From the IMG/VR virus record IMGVR_UViG_3300020183_000010: a stretch of 64,000 bases of DNA; one strand, given 5' to 3'. Below, in pieces: positions 44,358-57,601 of this stretch. How positions within the stretch are numbered: the first letter of the stretch is position 1; each line of letters starts with the position of its first letter. A program made the position numbers and the translations under genes. Origin of the DNA: a virus. Below the pieces are notes generated by a model. The model did no database searches. It was not told the origin of the DNA and saw nothing but the letters and a program-made list of their open reading frames with translations.

Positions 44358-47300
44358 TTTCTATAATTCTTTGCGTTGGTACTATTATTTCATCCTTATT
44401 ATCTGTAAATAGTTTTTCGTATCCGCCATCAGGATGTAGATGGTAAATAAAATAATAATCTCTTATATCAAAAACAGAAAATCCCATATTATGTATTACG
44501 TGAGTCTGATCTATCTGTCCGTTGCTTTCTTCATCTCTGTATTCTCCAAAGTTTTCCTCATTATGTGGTAACTTATTATATTTAGAAAAAACAGCTTCTA
44601 GAGCTAAAGAAGATGCAACACCTATACTGTTTCCTGCATGAACAGGAAATCCTTCTTTTTCGTCTCTTACTATTCCGCAAAGATATCCTGGATTATCTTT
44701 AGTGTTTAATATATGGATCATCTCCGAATCGAAATAATCAATATTAAATAAATAATCATCCTCTACAAAGAAATAGTAGTCAAATTCTTTTCTATATTTT
44801 TCGTAAACTGAAGAGAATGCACCATAACTCATTCCAATATTTTTTCTTAGCATTATTTCAGTGGTTGCATTTTGAATCCTGTCTGGAATAATCTCTTTTG
44901 CTTTTTTTATTAGTTCTATATAAGGTACCGTATTATCCATATTTATTGAGAAAATAATATGGTCGATGTTATGTTTATTTTTAGAAAGATATTCTATTTG
45001 TTTTTTAATAAAAAATAGTTTATCTCCTTTATATTCGTCCATCATAATTCTTCTCTCTCCGAAGTAGTTGTGTATCATCATACAGGATTTATATTTTTTA
45101 TTTTGTATAAATCCGATTCCCCCGAAGTTTGATTCTTCATCTATAAAATCGATCTTATTGCCTTTCATTTCATTCCATAGCTTGTCAACTCTACAGTTTG
45201 CGTTTCTGTGATATTCTGTGTCTTTAGTATCGTGAAATCCTATCCATCCTCCATCTTTTACAAATTCCTTATACATGTGGTAATCCTTCTTAACGCCTTC
45301 ATAGGTATGATCCCCGTCTATAAATAAAAAATCTAGAAGGTCCCCATCTAATATCGATTTAACATTTTCTTTTATGTTTTCATCATGAGAACTCCCGTGA
45401 ATTGTAGTAACATTATTTCCTAGGGATTTCAGGTAGAAATCTCTTTCGTTTACGTTATAAGTATTAACGCCATATGGTCCGTGTGGAAGATCAACAGATA
45501 TTCTTTTTCCATTCTCCGATAATTTACTCCAGATCGCAAATGTACCTCCTTGATCTGTTCCAATCTCCATAAAATTTTTGACTCCTAATGTTTTAAAGAA
45601 TTTAGCTGCTTCGTATATCTCTTTATGGTTTTGTACCATCCCTAGTGAGTATGATTCCCTAACAGCTGCATCAATATCGATGTTTTCATTATCCTTCTCT
45701 AGATATTCCTTAATTTTTTCTATAACATAGCTAGATGATATAGATTTAGTGCATTCAAATTGTCTATCCGTACCTTTTAGATCTGGACACCAATTCCAGT
45801 CACCGGCATCTAATCTTTCTCTATTAAAGCAACTGTTACATACATTTGAATTGAATATTCTAATTACGTTATCACCAGAAAATTCAGTGGTCGGATTGCT
45901 GAATCCTGATATAACAACAGTTGGTACATCCAATGACCACGAAAGCCAGCTTAAACCGGATCCTATACCTATGAACATCTCGCAGTTTTTTAAATAAGTT
46001 ATTGCCCTATCTAATGTTTTTTCTCCTTCCACGTATATTACACCTTCCGGATTTTTGTTCCCCATGTATCCATTTTCTTCTAAGCTAAGTAAAACTACTT
46101 TATTACCTGATTCATTAAGCCATTTAACAAGATCATTCCATCCTTCAGGATTATTCCAATATTTAGCTTGTGCTGTGGAGTGTACTGCTATACAAACATA
46201 TTTCTCTTCTATTGGTCTATCTGTTTCTTTAACTACTATATCAGCTCTTAGATCCGTATGAGGAAGTCCTAGTATATCAGTAGTTGTTGCCTGCATCGGA
46301 ATGTTTTTAAAATCCCTAGGATGACAGTCTTTATTAAATTCATTACCATTGTAAAACCATCCTATTCTATAAATAGCATACAGGTTATTTACTATTTGAC
46401 CAGGAGTAACGAATCTTATTTCTGGATAGTTTTTTTCGAATAGTTCATTTTTAAATGTGCTAACTATAACTTCACATCCATGTTTTTTTCTGAATTTTTC
46501 TATATGTGGAAACCAAGCAATAGAATCTCCTAGTGACGAGGACTCGAGAGATATTAATACTCTCTTCTCTTTTAGATCAATACTCTCCTCATACGTCTCC
46601 CCTGTTGATTTATCAATTATTTTTATTAGCCAATCCTTATAATATTTTATTGAGCACCTTGCCCATGTATTATTTTCTAACTCGCACGAATAATAAACAT
46701 TATTGTTAGATTTGTCTATAAATAAAACATCAAAGATTCTACCCTCAGCATTTTTTATTTCTATAAATGCACCGTCGATAAAATTAATATTAAAAGTAGG
46801 CCTGGCTGATTGTTTGTTAAGATTTAGAATAAGATCCTTATTTCTTATTATTATTGATGCCTTTTTAGTTTTTTTATCGTATTTAAATATCTGATTGTAT
46901 TTAGGGATCATTACTACAACCCCCCTATCCAGTTCAGAATCACTTATAGGATAAAAATTCATAGGATATGCTCCAACGGAGAAATCGAAAGATGAATCAC
47001 CTTTTATTATTTTTCCTTCCAAAGGCTCTTCGTTTCCTATAGCACATATATAATTTTTTCCGTCGTTAAGTTCTGTTCCTAAATACAGGTAGCTATTTTT
47101 TCCGTTCTTAGTTTTTATTTGTGGATAAGTTGGAAGTGTTATAGAGTTAAGTATATTCTTTTTAGAAATGTCGTGAGACATCCTCGTGTACATTTTTAAT
47201 CCTCCCTCATCAAAGCATTCATATAGGAAATCCTCCAATATAACAATACCTGGATATTTAAAATAGCTTTGTTTTGAATTTATTGGTTCGATTACTCTTA

Positions 47301-48999
47301 AGATGTCATCACTTAAACCAGAAAAGAATGCGGAGTTTATAGATTTTTCCTGATTCCATTTGTATGCAACTATTGAATTTTCGTTCAATAATTTTGAATG
47401 CTCTAAGAGTGTGTTTTCGTCGTCTATAACGTAATCATAGTTAACAAAATGTGTTTTATTAAATCCACACGATTTAGCTACTCTAGCACCATTTAAAATT
47501 AGTCTAAGAGCAGCGTATCCGTGATTAAAATCGAAAGAATAAGAAACCTCAAAATCAGGATATCTTAAATAGTGAACAGGAACTGTGTTCGATAAACTAC
47601 CATACTCTTCATGTGTAACTATAGGATTGTCGGTCTCGCATATAAAGTAATCGCATATTTTTAATATGTCTTCTGGTATTGAGATATGTGATGATATTAT
47701 TGTGAAATATCCCTGTCTTTTTAATGCTAATAAGCTTCTTTTTAGTGTTGATATCTTATCTGGTGTATCTGCGTGTGATAATATAACTGCTGCATCTTCC
47801 TTGTCATATTTTTCGAGTTGTAAATCACTAACACTTAATAAAGCTTTGTATCCTTGCTTTCCTATATTTTCCCATGAATAATTTTTTATTATTTCTTTAG
47901 CCTTTTCTTCTGCAGATATTTTTTTAGACTCGTAATTAAAATAACAATCCCTTAAAACTTCTATTAGATTGTCATAATCAGGTTCTGCATAAAGTCCTGG
48001 TGTACGTCCAGCAAATCCCAAGTCTGCTCCTATCGAAGCTGGTAATTCTTCCTTTATTCTAACTGGAGATCCTTTACCACTTGCAAACTCTAACTGAGCT
48101 CCCCAGTTAGAGTATATTGTAGGAGTACCCGCTGCCATTGTCTCTATTAGAGGTATGTTCCATCCTTCGCTTCTTGCGCAGGTAACAAGTACATTTCCTT
48201 TCTTTATATAAGAAATATACTCATCCCTAGATACAAAATGCTTTACCTTTATTCTTGGGTCATTAAATCCATAGAATGATAGTCTTTCTTCTGTGCTATT
48301 CATTCCGTCTACCGAATATGGGTTGTCTGCACTTAGTATAAGATCTATTGGTTCATTATTAGGAAAAGCTTTAATAAATGAATCTATTATTTCGGGGACA
48401 GATTTTCTATAATCCCATCTTCCAAAGAAAATAAATTTAAATCTATTGTTTCTATATTCTTCTGGTTCGTTTCTCTCTAATCCATCAAAGAATTCCTTAT
48501 TTACTCCTTCGTTTACTACAAATATCCTATGATTGGGATATCCTTGTTTCATTGCCATTTCTCTGTGCCATTCAGTAACGACCCATAGATAGTCAAATTT
48601 TAGTAACTGATTAAAGAAATTTTCAGGTAGCTCTGTACTTTCCCATACTGTATATGCTATCTTTATCTTTGAATTGTATTCTTCGTAAAAATAATGATGA
48701 TCCATATCCATTAGAACTATATCAACATCTGGGTTAAAATCGTTATTTATTTTTTTCCATTTGATGTTCGGAAATGAATGCGATATAGGATAATCTGAAG
48801 TTCCTCCGTCGGGATTAGTTAGAGTTATTTTGTCTATTATATTGGTATCCCTTTCGTCTAGATATTCTGGATTAGAATCCCACGTAAAATTCCGTACCCT
48901 TAAATCTACGTGATTTGAAAGTTCCCTAAAAAATTCTCTTGCGTGAGATGAGTATCCTGTTTTACCTAAATAACAAGTGTGTGCTCTTACTTTTAACAT
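44326..48999 (-). CDS. Multidomain glycosyltransferase: GT4-like + unknown + TibC/Aah-type (BAHT) protein O-glycosyltransferase + methyltransferase + DxD domain
   Basis: GT4: TGYSSHAR, TVWEST, GRWDYRK, EGWNIPLIE. BAHT: SLGDSIAW, YVCIAVHSTAQAKYWNN, FIGIGSGLSW, ISGFS, CNSC...WCP...EC. Methyltransferase: EIGTDQGG, FIDGDHTYEGV, GFHD. C-terminal FVEDD. Confidence 0.85.
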   Translation of the reverse strand: MLKVRAHTCYLGKTGYSSHAREFFRELSNHVDLRVRNFTWDSNPEYLDERDTNIIDKITLTNPDGGTSDYPISHSFPNIKWKKINNDFNPDVDIVLMDMDHHYFYEEYNSKIKIAYTVWESTELPENFFNQLLKFDYLWVVTEWHREMAMKQGYPNHRIFVVNEGVNKEFFDGLERNEPEEYRNNRFKFIFFGRWDYRKSVPEIIDSFIKAFPNNEPIDLILSADNPYSVDGMNSTEERLSFYGFNDPRIKVKHFVSRDEYISYIKKGNVLVTCARSEGWNIPLIETMAAGTPTIYSNWGAQLEFASGKGSPVRIKEELPASIGADLGFAGRTPGLYAEPDYDNLIEVLRDCYFNYESKKISAEEKAKEIIKNYSWENIGKQGYKALLSVSDLQLEKYDKEDAAVILSHADTPDKISTLKRSLLALKRQGYFTIISSHISIPEDILKICDYFICETDNPIVTHEEYGSLSNTVPVHYLRYPDFEVSYSFDFNHGYAALRLILNGARVAKSCGFNKTHFVNYDYVIDDENTLLEHSKLLNENSIVAYKWNQEKSINSAFFSGLSDDILRVIEPINSKQSYFKYPGIVILEDFLYECFDEGGLKMYTRMSHDISKKNILNSITLPTYPQIKTKNGKNSYLYLGTELNDGKNYICAIGNEEPLEGKIIKGDSSFDFSVGAYPMNFYPISDSELDRGVVVMIPKYNQIFKYDKKTKKASIIIRNKDLILNLNKQSARPTFNINFIDGAFIEIKNAEGRIFDVLFIDKSNNNVYYSCELENNTWARCSIKYYKDWLIKIIDKSTGETYEESIDLKEKRVLISLESSSLGDSIAWFPHIEKFRKKHGCEVIVSTFKNELFEKNYPEIRFVTPGQIVNNLYAIYRIGWFYNGNEFNKDCHPRDFKNIPMQATTTDILGLPHTDLRADIVVKETDRPIEEKYVCIAVHSTAQAKYWNNPEGWNDLVKWLNESGNKVVLLSLEENGYMGNKNPEGVIYVEGEKTLDRAITYLKNCEMFIGIGSGLSWLSWSLDVPTVVISGFSNPTTEFSGDNVIRIFNSNVCNSCFNRERLDAGDWNWCPDLKGTDRQFECTKSISSSYVIEKIKEYLEKDNENIDIDAAVRESYSLGMVQNHKEIYEAAKFFKTLGVKNFMEIGTDQGGTFAIWSKLSENGKRISVDLPHGPYGVNTYNVNERDFYLKSLGNNVTTIHGSSHDENIKENVKSILDGDLLDFLFIDGDHTYEGVKKDYHMYKEFVKDGGWIGFHDTKDTEYHRNANCRVDKLWNEMKGNKIDFIDEESNFGGIGFIQNKKYKSCMMIHNYFGERRIMMDEYKGDKLFFIKKQIEYLSKNKHNIDHIIFSINMDNTVPYIELIKKAKEIIPDRIQNATTEIMLRKNIGMSYGAFSSVYEKYRKEFDYYFFVEDDYLFNIDYFDSEMIHILNTKDNPGYLCGIVRDEKEGFPVHAGNSIGVASSLALEAVFSKYNKLPHNEENFGEYRDEESNGQIDQTHVIHNMGFSVFDIRDYYFIYHLHPDGGYEKLFTDNKDEIIVPTQRIIENEKRKEYTVI

Positions 49000-49027
49000 A
49001 AGGATAATAAGATTTCATTTATCTAAA

Positions 49028-49054
49028 TTATAGAATGAAATTTGATTATGTTTC
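49028..49054 (-). promoter_or_regulatory. Bipartite promoter-like motif GAAAC-N16-CTATAA upstream of the multidomain glycosyltransferase
   Basis: 16-nt spacer counted by hand. Confidence 0.55.
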
Positions 49055-49061
49055 CCTATTT

Positions 49062-52000
49062 TTAATCAGGAACCCCGTTTGATAATGCTAAAAATTCAAG
49101 CTTACTTACCCAGTTTATATTAGTTGCAGCTACACCTGTTACTCTAAGCAATATATTAGCCCCACTTTGACCAAATGAAACTGTAGGAGTACCTGTCATA
49201 CCCTCTTGTGCAACCAAAGAAACTGTAACACCTTGCTGAGTAAGAGCCCCTGCGTTATTAGTAAAAACTGCTGATATTTCCCATCCCCCTCCAGTACTTG
49301 TTACTGAAGTAGGTGTTGCAACTACTATACCTTTAACGTAATAAGTGTATGCTGTATTTGTAGCTAGAGTTATAACTGTAGTAATTGTAGCATTAGTTGT
49401 TTGTGTTATTGTTGTCCCTCCTATAGTAGTATAAGTTCCATAGGTATTGTATCCAGTACCACCTATTACCAAAGCGCTATTTACTGAATCTACTTGGACA
49501 TATGATTCTCCTTGTATTAAACCAGAAGTACCAGTAGCAGTTAGTACGTAGTTATTTATGTTATTGTTAATAGATAATATTCCTGATGTTCCTGAAGATC
49601 CACTAGTTCCTGAAGTTCCATCCTTACCGTCATAAACCCATGATATTGTATATGTTTTACCCGAAGTAAGAGTACCATTAGCAACAACGTTAGTAACTCT
49701 TAAGTTATAATATGTTGTATTATTTACAGCAGATCCAGCTGAAAAGATACCTATAACATTATTACTTCCTAATTCTGTTATTTGTAAATAAACAACATTA
49801 CCGTTACTTATAATAGTTGATAATGCAGAAAGCCACGGTGCATAGTTAGTACCTGCATAGTCTGTTACGCTAATATTCATATTGGCGATAGCAGATATAG
49901 TGGAGCTTGCAGCGTTAAAGTCGTTTGCTGTAGGGTCACTAGGGTAAGCTGGTGAAGTTGTATAGAGCCATCTACCACTATTTGATCCGTCGTTTCCTGC
50001 AGTTCCACTAGTTCCAGAAGATCCAGATGTTCCAGAGCTTCCACTAGTTCCTGAAGTTCCCCTAGTTCCTGAAGATCCCGAGGTTCCCGAAGATCCACTG
50101 GTTCCTCTAGTTCCAGAAGATCCAGATGTTCCAGAGCTTCCACTAGTTCCTGATGATCCAGATGTTCCAGAGCTTCCCCTAGTTCCTGATGATCCAGATG
50201 TTCCAGAGCTTCCACTAGTTCCTGAAGTTCCCCTAGTTCCTGAAGTTCCAGAAGATCCACTAGTTCCTGAAGATCCACTAGTTCCAGAAGTACCATGTGT
50301 TCCTATTCCGCTAGTACCTGAAGTTCCCCCTGTTCCTTGATCCCCTGTTTTACTGAATACTAATACACAAGGCTCTGCATTAGAAGGTATAGTACCCGAT
50401 AGATACGTTACACCAAAAGTAAACCATCCAGTATTGTTAGTTACTGATGTTATTGCGAATGATGTAAATGTGGTATCTGTATTATTATTAGAATTAACTA
50501 GTAAATATCCTTTAATTGAATTAGTACCAGTTCCCCAACTTGTGAACGTTGCCGAGAAATCAACCGAGTTTATGTCTAATATGTCTATGTATATAGAAGT
50601 AATAGAACCAGGAGTTGCAGAATTGTATCTAAATAATCCAGTACCTGGATCTGCACTTAGAGTATTTGTGTCGAAATTATATCTTAATCCAGCACCATCT
50701 CCTTGTAATCCGCTGGTACCCGATGTTCCGTGAGTACCTATTCCGCTTGTTCCAGAAGATCCTGATGTCCCTCTAGTACCTGACGTACCTGATGTTCCAG
50801 AAGTACCAGCATCACCTTTATCACCAGTTCTATAGAATGTAATAACACATTCTTCTAAGTTTGTTGGAATTGTACCACTTATACCAATAACTGTAAGACT
50901 AAACCAACCAATATTTTGAACTAAAGATAATAATTGGAATTGATTGAATGTTGTATCAGAATTTAAATTTGATTTAATCTCAATAATACCCTTAACTGTA
51001 CTAGTACTATTATCCCAAGAACCAATTGATGTTACAAAACCTTGACCATTAACATCTGATGAACTAATAGCAATTGTTGCTGTAGTACCAACACTTGTTG
51101 TATCATATCTAAAATTACCTTGACCTGGATCAACAGAAACCCCTGTTGATGAATCAAAATTAAACCTAATACCTGCAGATTCTCCTTGTGCACCTCTAGT
51201 TCCACTTGTACCGGATGATCCCGAAGTTCCTCTTGTACCAGATGATCCAGATGTGCCGGATGATCCAGATGTACCTGAAGATCCACTAGTTCCTGATGTT
51301 CCACTGGTTCCTCTAGTTCCAGAAGATCCTGATGTTCCAGAAGATCCACTAGTTCCAGAAGATCCACTAGTTCCTGAAGATCCTGACGTTCCTGAGCTTC
51401 CACTAGTTCCAGAAGATCCTGATGTTCCAGAAGATCCTGATGTTCCACTAGTTCCTGACGTTCCACTAGTTCCTGAGGATCCACTAGTTCCAGAAGACCC
51501 TGACGTTCCACTAGTTCCAGAAGATCCACTAGTTCCAGAAGATCCACTAGTTCCTGATGTTCCATTTCCACTAGTTCCTGATGTTCCATTTCCACTAGTT
51601 CCTGATGTTCCAGAAGATCCACTAGTTCCTGATGTTCCAGAAGATCCTGATGTTCCAGAAGATCCACTAGTTCCAGAAGATCCACTAGTTCCTGATGTTC
51701 CATTTCCACTAGTTCCTGATGTTCCAGAAGATCCACTAGTTCCTGAAGATCCTGACGTTCCTGAGCTTCCACTAGTTCCAGAAGATCCTGATGTTCCACT
51801 AGTTCCTGAAGATCCACTAGTTCCAGAAGATCCACTAGTTCCCGAGGTTCCATTTCCGCTAGTTCCTGAAGATCCTGACGTTCCACTAGTTCCTGAAGAT
51901 CCACTAGTTCCTGAAGATCCTGACGTTCCACTAGTTCCTGAAGATCCTGACGTTCCACTAGTTCCAGAAGATCCACTAGTTCCAGAAGATCCACTAGTTC

Positions 52001-53333
52001 CTGATGTTCCACTAGTTCCTGATGTTCCAGAAGATCCACTAGTTCCTGATGTTCCATTTCCACTAGTTCCTGAAGATCCACTAGTTCCTGAGGTTCCATT
52101 TCCACTAGTTCCTGAAGATCCACTAGTTCCTGAAGATCCACTAGTTCCTGAAGATCCACTAGTTCCAGAGGTTCCATTTCCACTAGTTCCTGATGTTCCA
52201 GAAGATCCACTAGTTCCTGATGTTCCACTAGTTCCTGATGTTCCACTAGTTCCTGATGTTCCACTAGATCCACTAGTTCCCGAAGATCCACTAGTTCCTG
52301 ATGTTCCACTAGATCCACTAGTTCCTGATGTTCCACTAGATCCACTAGTTCCTGATGTTCCACTAGATCCACTAGTTCCCGAGGTCCCACTAGATCCGCT
52401 AGTTCCTGAAGTACCATCTATTCCACTAGTTCCTGAAGTACCACTAGTCCCCGCTCCTCCACTACCTGAGCCCTGAGCTGGATAAAGATATGATCCTGTA
52501 TTATCGCTAATTTTTATGTATACCGGAATTGGATTGGTTAAAGGTTTTATGTTAGTTACATAGGAAGGTGCCTGTGTGTTGTCAAAATATAAAACATCTC
52601 CAATGCTACCAGGAAGAACAAAAGGAGTAGTAACTATTCTTCCAAAGGGCCTGACGTTTATATTGCCTATCTCAGGCTCATCTATTGATGTAATAACACC
52701 AAATGCTTTTTCAACCTCTGTAGTTATAGAAGTGTTTACTATATTAAAAACCCCGTAAGGATCTAGATAAACTACCTGTCCTATGTTGTATGTAGAATAA
52801 ACCGTATTAGGTGAGTAGATATTAGCATAGCTAGATTTTACTATATTTCTGTATTGGAACCTAGCAAAAGCATCATCTATCCAATAACCGTTATCGTCCA
52901 AGTTTGAGGATAAAGCAGTAGCGATAAGAGCAGGTATCGGTGCTCCATCTTCAGATATCGGTATTGTTATACCATTTATTCCCTCTGTTGGGTAATTATT
53001 ACCTGAAACCGTATAATCGCTTATAAGATTATATAGATCAATATCTTTTAGTGTTACAGAAGCTTCTAAATTATTATTTACAGTAATTGAGGTAATTAGA
53101 AAAGCATTTCCGTTAGGCTGTAAAAGCCACATTCCCTCTTGTAAATCGTTTGCATCGAATAAAAAGTCTGGCTCCTGTGACGTTGGGGTAGCAATTATAT
53201 CCAATATACAACTAAAGGAATATGGATAATTGTTCCATACACTCGAGGGATTATTATAATAACTATCAACAACAACTGACCCAGTCCTCACTCTGGCAAT
53301 CATTGTTATTGGTAATAATGGGATTTGAGCCAT
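49062..53333 (-). CDS. Ser/Thr-rich collagen-like virion fibre protein
   Basis: Extensive G-T-S/G-S-S triplet tracts in four blocks separated by related beta-rich globular modules. Confidence 0.8.
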   Translation of the reverse strand: MAQIPLLPITMIARVRTGSVVVDSYYNNPSSVWNNYPYSFSCILDIIATPTSQEPDFLFDANDLQEGMWLLQPNGNAFLITSITVNNNLEASVTLKDIDLYNLISDYTVSGNNYPTEGINGITIPISEDGAPIPALIATALSSNLDDNGYWIDDAFARFQYRNIVKSSYANIYSPNTVYSTYNIGQVVYLDPYGVFNIVNTSITTEVEKAFGVITSIDEPEIGNINVRPFGRIVTTPFVLPGSIGDVLYFDNTQAPSYVTNIKPLTNPIPVYIKISDNTGSYLYPAQGSGSGGAGTSGTSGTSGIDGTSGTSGSSGTSGTSGSSGTSGTSGSSGTSGTSGSSGTSGTSGSSGTSGSSGTSGTSGTSGTSGTSGTSGSSGTSGTSGNGTSGTSGSSGTSGSSGTSGSSGTSGNGTSGTSGSSGTSGNGTSGTSGSSGTSGTSGTSGTSGSSGTSGSSGTSGTSGSSGTSGTSGSSGTSGSSGTSGTSGSSGTSGNGTSGTSGSSGTSGSSGTSGTSGSSGTSGSSGTSGSSGTSGSSGTSGTSGNGTSGTSGSSGTSGSSGTSGSSGTSGTSGSSGTSGTSGNGTSGTSGNGTSGTSGSSGTSGSSGTSGTSGSSGTSGSSGTSGTSGTSGTSGSSGTSGSSGTSGSSGTSGSSGTSGSSGTSGSSGTSGSSGTRGTSGTSGTSGSSGTSGSSGTSGSSGTRGTSGSSGTSGTRGAQGESAGIRFNFDSSTGVSVDPGQGNFRYDTTSVGTTATIAISSSDVNGQGFVTSIGSWDNSTSTVKGIIEIKSNLNSDTTFNQFQLLSLVQNIGWFSLTVIGISGTIPTNLEECVITFYRTGDKGDAGTSGTSGTSGTRGTSGSSGTSGIGTHGTSGTSGLQGDGAGLRYNFDTNTLSADPGTGLFRYNSATPGSITSIYIDILDINSVDFSATFTSWGTGTNSIKGYLLVNSNNNTDTTFTSFAITSVTNNTGWFTFGVTYLSGTIPSNAEPCVLVFSKTGDQGTGGTSGTSGIGTHGTSGTSGSSGTSGSSGTSGTRGTSGTSGSSGTSGSSGTRGSSGTSGSSGTSGSSGTSGSSGTRGTSGSSGTSGSSGTRGTSGTSGSSGTSGSSGTSGTAGNDGSNSGRWLYTTSPAYPSDPTANDFNAASSTISAIANMNISVTDYAGTNYAPWLSALSTIISNGNVVYLQITELGSNNVIGIFSAGSAVNNTTYYNLRVTNVVANGTLTSGKTYTISWVYDGKDGTSGTSGSSGTSGILSINNNINNYVLTATGTSGLIQGESYVQVDSVNSALVIGGTGYNTYGTYTTIGGTTITQTTNATITTVITLATNTAYTYYVKGIVVATPTSVTSTGGGWEISAVFTNNAGALTQQGVTVSLVAQEGMTGTPTVSFGQSGANILLRVTGVAATNINWVSKLEFLALSNGVPD
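51190..52450 (-). repeat. 9/18-bp coding repeats (GTSGSS)n, main block
   Basis: Recurrent ccactagtt, cctgatgtt and ccagaagat units on the + strand; shorter blocks near 50700-50810, 50000-50330 and 49580-49625. Confidence 0.95.
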
Positions 53334-53349
53334 CTATTTTTTTTAATTT

Positions 53350-56020
<2,671 letters not shown>

Positions 56021-56022
<2 letters not shown>

Positions 56023-56057
56023 CCCGGAATATTATGTTTAGAATATATATCCGGAAT
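56021..56057 (-). promoter_or_regulatory. GATATATA motif inside a hairpin reaching the collagen fibre AUG
   Basis: Minus strand ATTCCGGA(T)ATAT pairs with ATATTCCGGGAT. Confidence 0.6.
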
Positions 56058-56069
56058 TTAATTATCAAT

Positions 56070-56471
56070 CTAACTTATAAGCGTTTCGATCTCCTTATAA
56101 AAATTATTGAATTTAGTTGGATAAAAGGTTTTTAGCTCCTCTATTTCTCTATTTGATATCTGATACCTGTCTTTTATAAAGTTTATTACTTCCTCCTTAT
56201 ATTCTTTTTTCTTTTCATCTTTCTCTTTCTTTTGAGTCTTTGTCCATATCCAAGGCGGAACAGTTTTATGCTTACTGGTTATAAAAACTTTCCAAAAATC
56301 AACAACCTTATCCGGATTTATCTTTATGTTATTAAAAGAATTTGCTTGTAAAGGATAAGCTATTGAACATATCCTGTTAATCATAAATAAATTTCTAGAT
56401 TTGTCCCTATCGTTTATTTTATTCCACGATTTAGAATAAAAAGATTTTATTATATCAAATGGATTATTCAT
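56070..56471 (-). CDS. Probable clamp-loader small subunit (T4 gp62-like)
   Basis: FMINRICS...AN..N, PWIW.K, RYQISNRE pattern; same operon as the clamp-loader ATPase. Confidence 0.55.
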   Translation of the reverse strand: MNNPFDIIKSFYSKSWNKINDRDKSRNLFMINRICSIAYPLQANSFNNIKINPDKVVDFWKVFITSKHKTVPPWIWTKTQKKEKDEKKKEYKEEVINFIKDRYQISNREIEELKTFYPTKFNNFYKEIETLIS

Positions 56472-57601
56472 TAGTTAAATAGTTCAAATGGATCAAATCC
56501 TTTAGGTGGCTTAGCTTCACTAGCCCATGGTGATTTTTCAATCATTTCTTTTTTATCCATATTTAGCAAAAGTCTTTCCTTTATATCTAATTCCTGTACA
56601 TGATTTCTTAATCCCTCTACCATATTTCTAGGCAGTGCTCTTGAATTTAGCCAAACCAATCTAGCATTCTCCTCATAGAATTTTTTAAATTTCTCCCTGT
56701 TTTCTGAATTATCCGTTTGTGAAACAAGTCTCAATGATAATCCAGATATCCAGCCTAGAAAGTCGTCATTATCCCAAAGATACTCCATGGAATAATCTCT
56801 CCATTCAGACTCTAGGTAAAGCCCCCATATTTTATTAGCTTTCCCTTCTGCTATGTTAGAATTTTTACCATTTTTAGTTTGGTGAGGAAATACTCCAGGA
56901 ACATCATCCTTTTTATCTCCCATTAGGATTTTCTTAAAAATATATTCTTTTGTGTTGATCTTTTCCAAAGTACACGAAGATAATAGTTTTTCCATTTTTG
57001 ATGAATTAGAACCAGACATAGGATCCACATCAAATATAGTGGTTTCTGTTTCTAACTCACCTTTCCAGTTTTCAGAAACTATTAATTTGTTGTTTTTGGA
57101 ATTACTGTTCCATATACCCACCCACGATGAATCATCGTACCTAACAAGTTGGTGCATATCCTTGTCACCACTTATTACTATTACAGATTCTCCCTTTTCT
57201 GATAGGTGCTCGCACCATGCCCATATCAAGTCATCCCCCTCCGCTCCTTGGTACGAACTATAAATAAAACCATTAGATTCTAAATATTCAGAAAATTCAT
57301 CCATGAGTTTAAAAAAAGATCCCCAATCTACACCTTCTCCTTTTACTCTGCTTTCTTTATATACACTCCTGGTAATTTTATAATCTTTTCTCCATGATCT
57401 AGAGTCTTTACAAAATATCACTTGCTTTACATCAGGTATCTGTTTTAAAGCATAACACAAGTCTGTAATTACTTTTCTTACAAACATATTTCTTTCGGCA
57501 TCTGATGATAAAATGTCACCCGGATTCTTTGATCCAAATCCTGAAAATATTCCAAATGTTTTATGGAAAATATAGTTTCCATCTACACAAACTGTTATCA
57601 T
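56471..57601 (-). CDS. rnh: 5'-3' exonuclease / T4 RNase H-like flap nuclease
   Basis: VDGN, SWRK...YKESR, EGDDLI, SGDKDMHQL, LMGDKKDDVPG. Confidence 0.88.
   Translation of the reverse strand: MITVCVDGNYIFHKTFGIFSGFGSKNPGDILSSDAERNMFVRKVITDLCYALKQIPDVKQVIFCKDSRSWRKDYKITRSVYKESRVKGEGVDWGSFFKLMDEFSEYLESNGFIYSSYQGAEGDDLIWAWCEHLSEKGESVIVISGDKDMHQLVRYDDSSWVGIWNSNSKNNKLIVSENWKGELETETTIFDVDPMSGSNSSKMEKLLSSCTLEKINTKEYIFKKILMGDKKDDVPGVFPHQTKNGKNSNIAEGKANKIWGLYLESEWRDYSMEYLWDNDDFLGWISGLSLRLVSQTDNSENREKFKKFYEENARLVWLNSRALPRNMVEGLRNHVQELDIKERLLLNMDKKEMIEKSPWASEAKPPKGFDPFELFN

Noticed and set aside
51032-52476. Long alternative-frame ORFs (LQELVDLLEH... on minus, PEDPLVP... on plus), also 49877-50296
   Set aside because: Shadow frames produced by the stop-free 9-bp GTS/GSS coding repeats.
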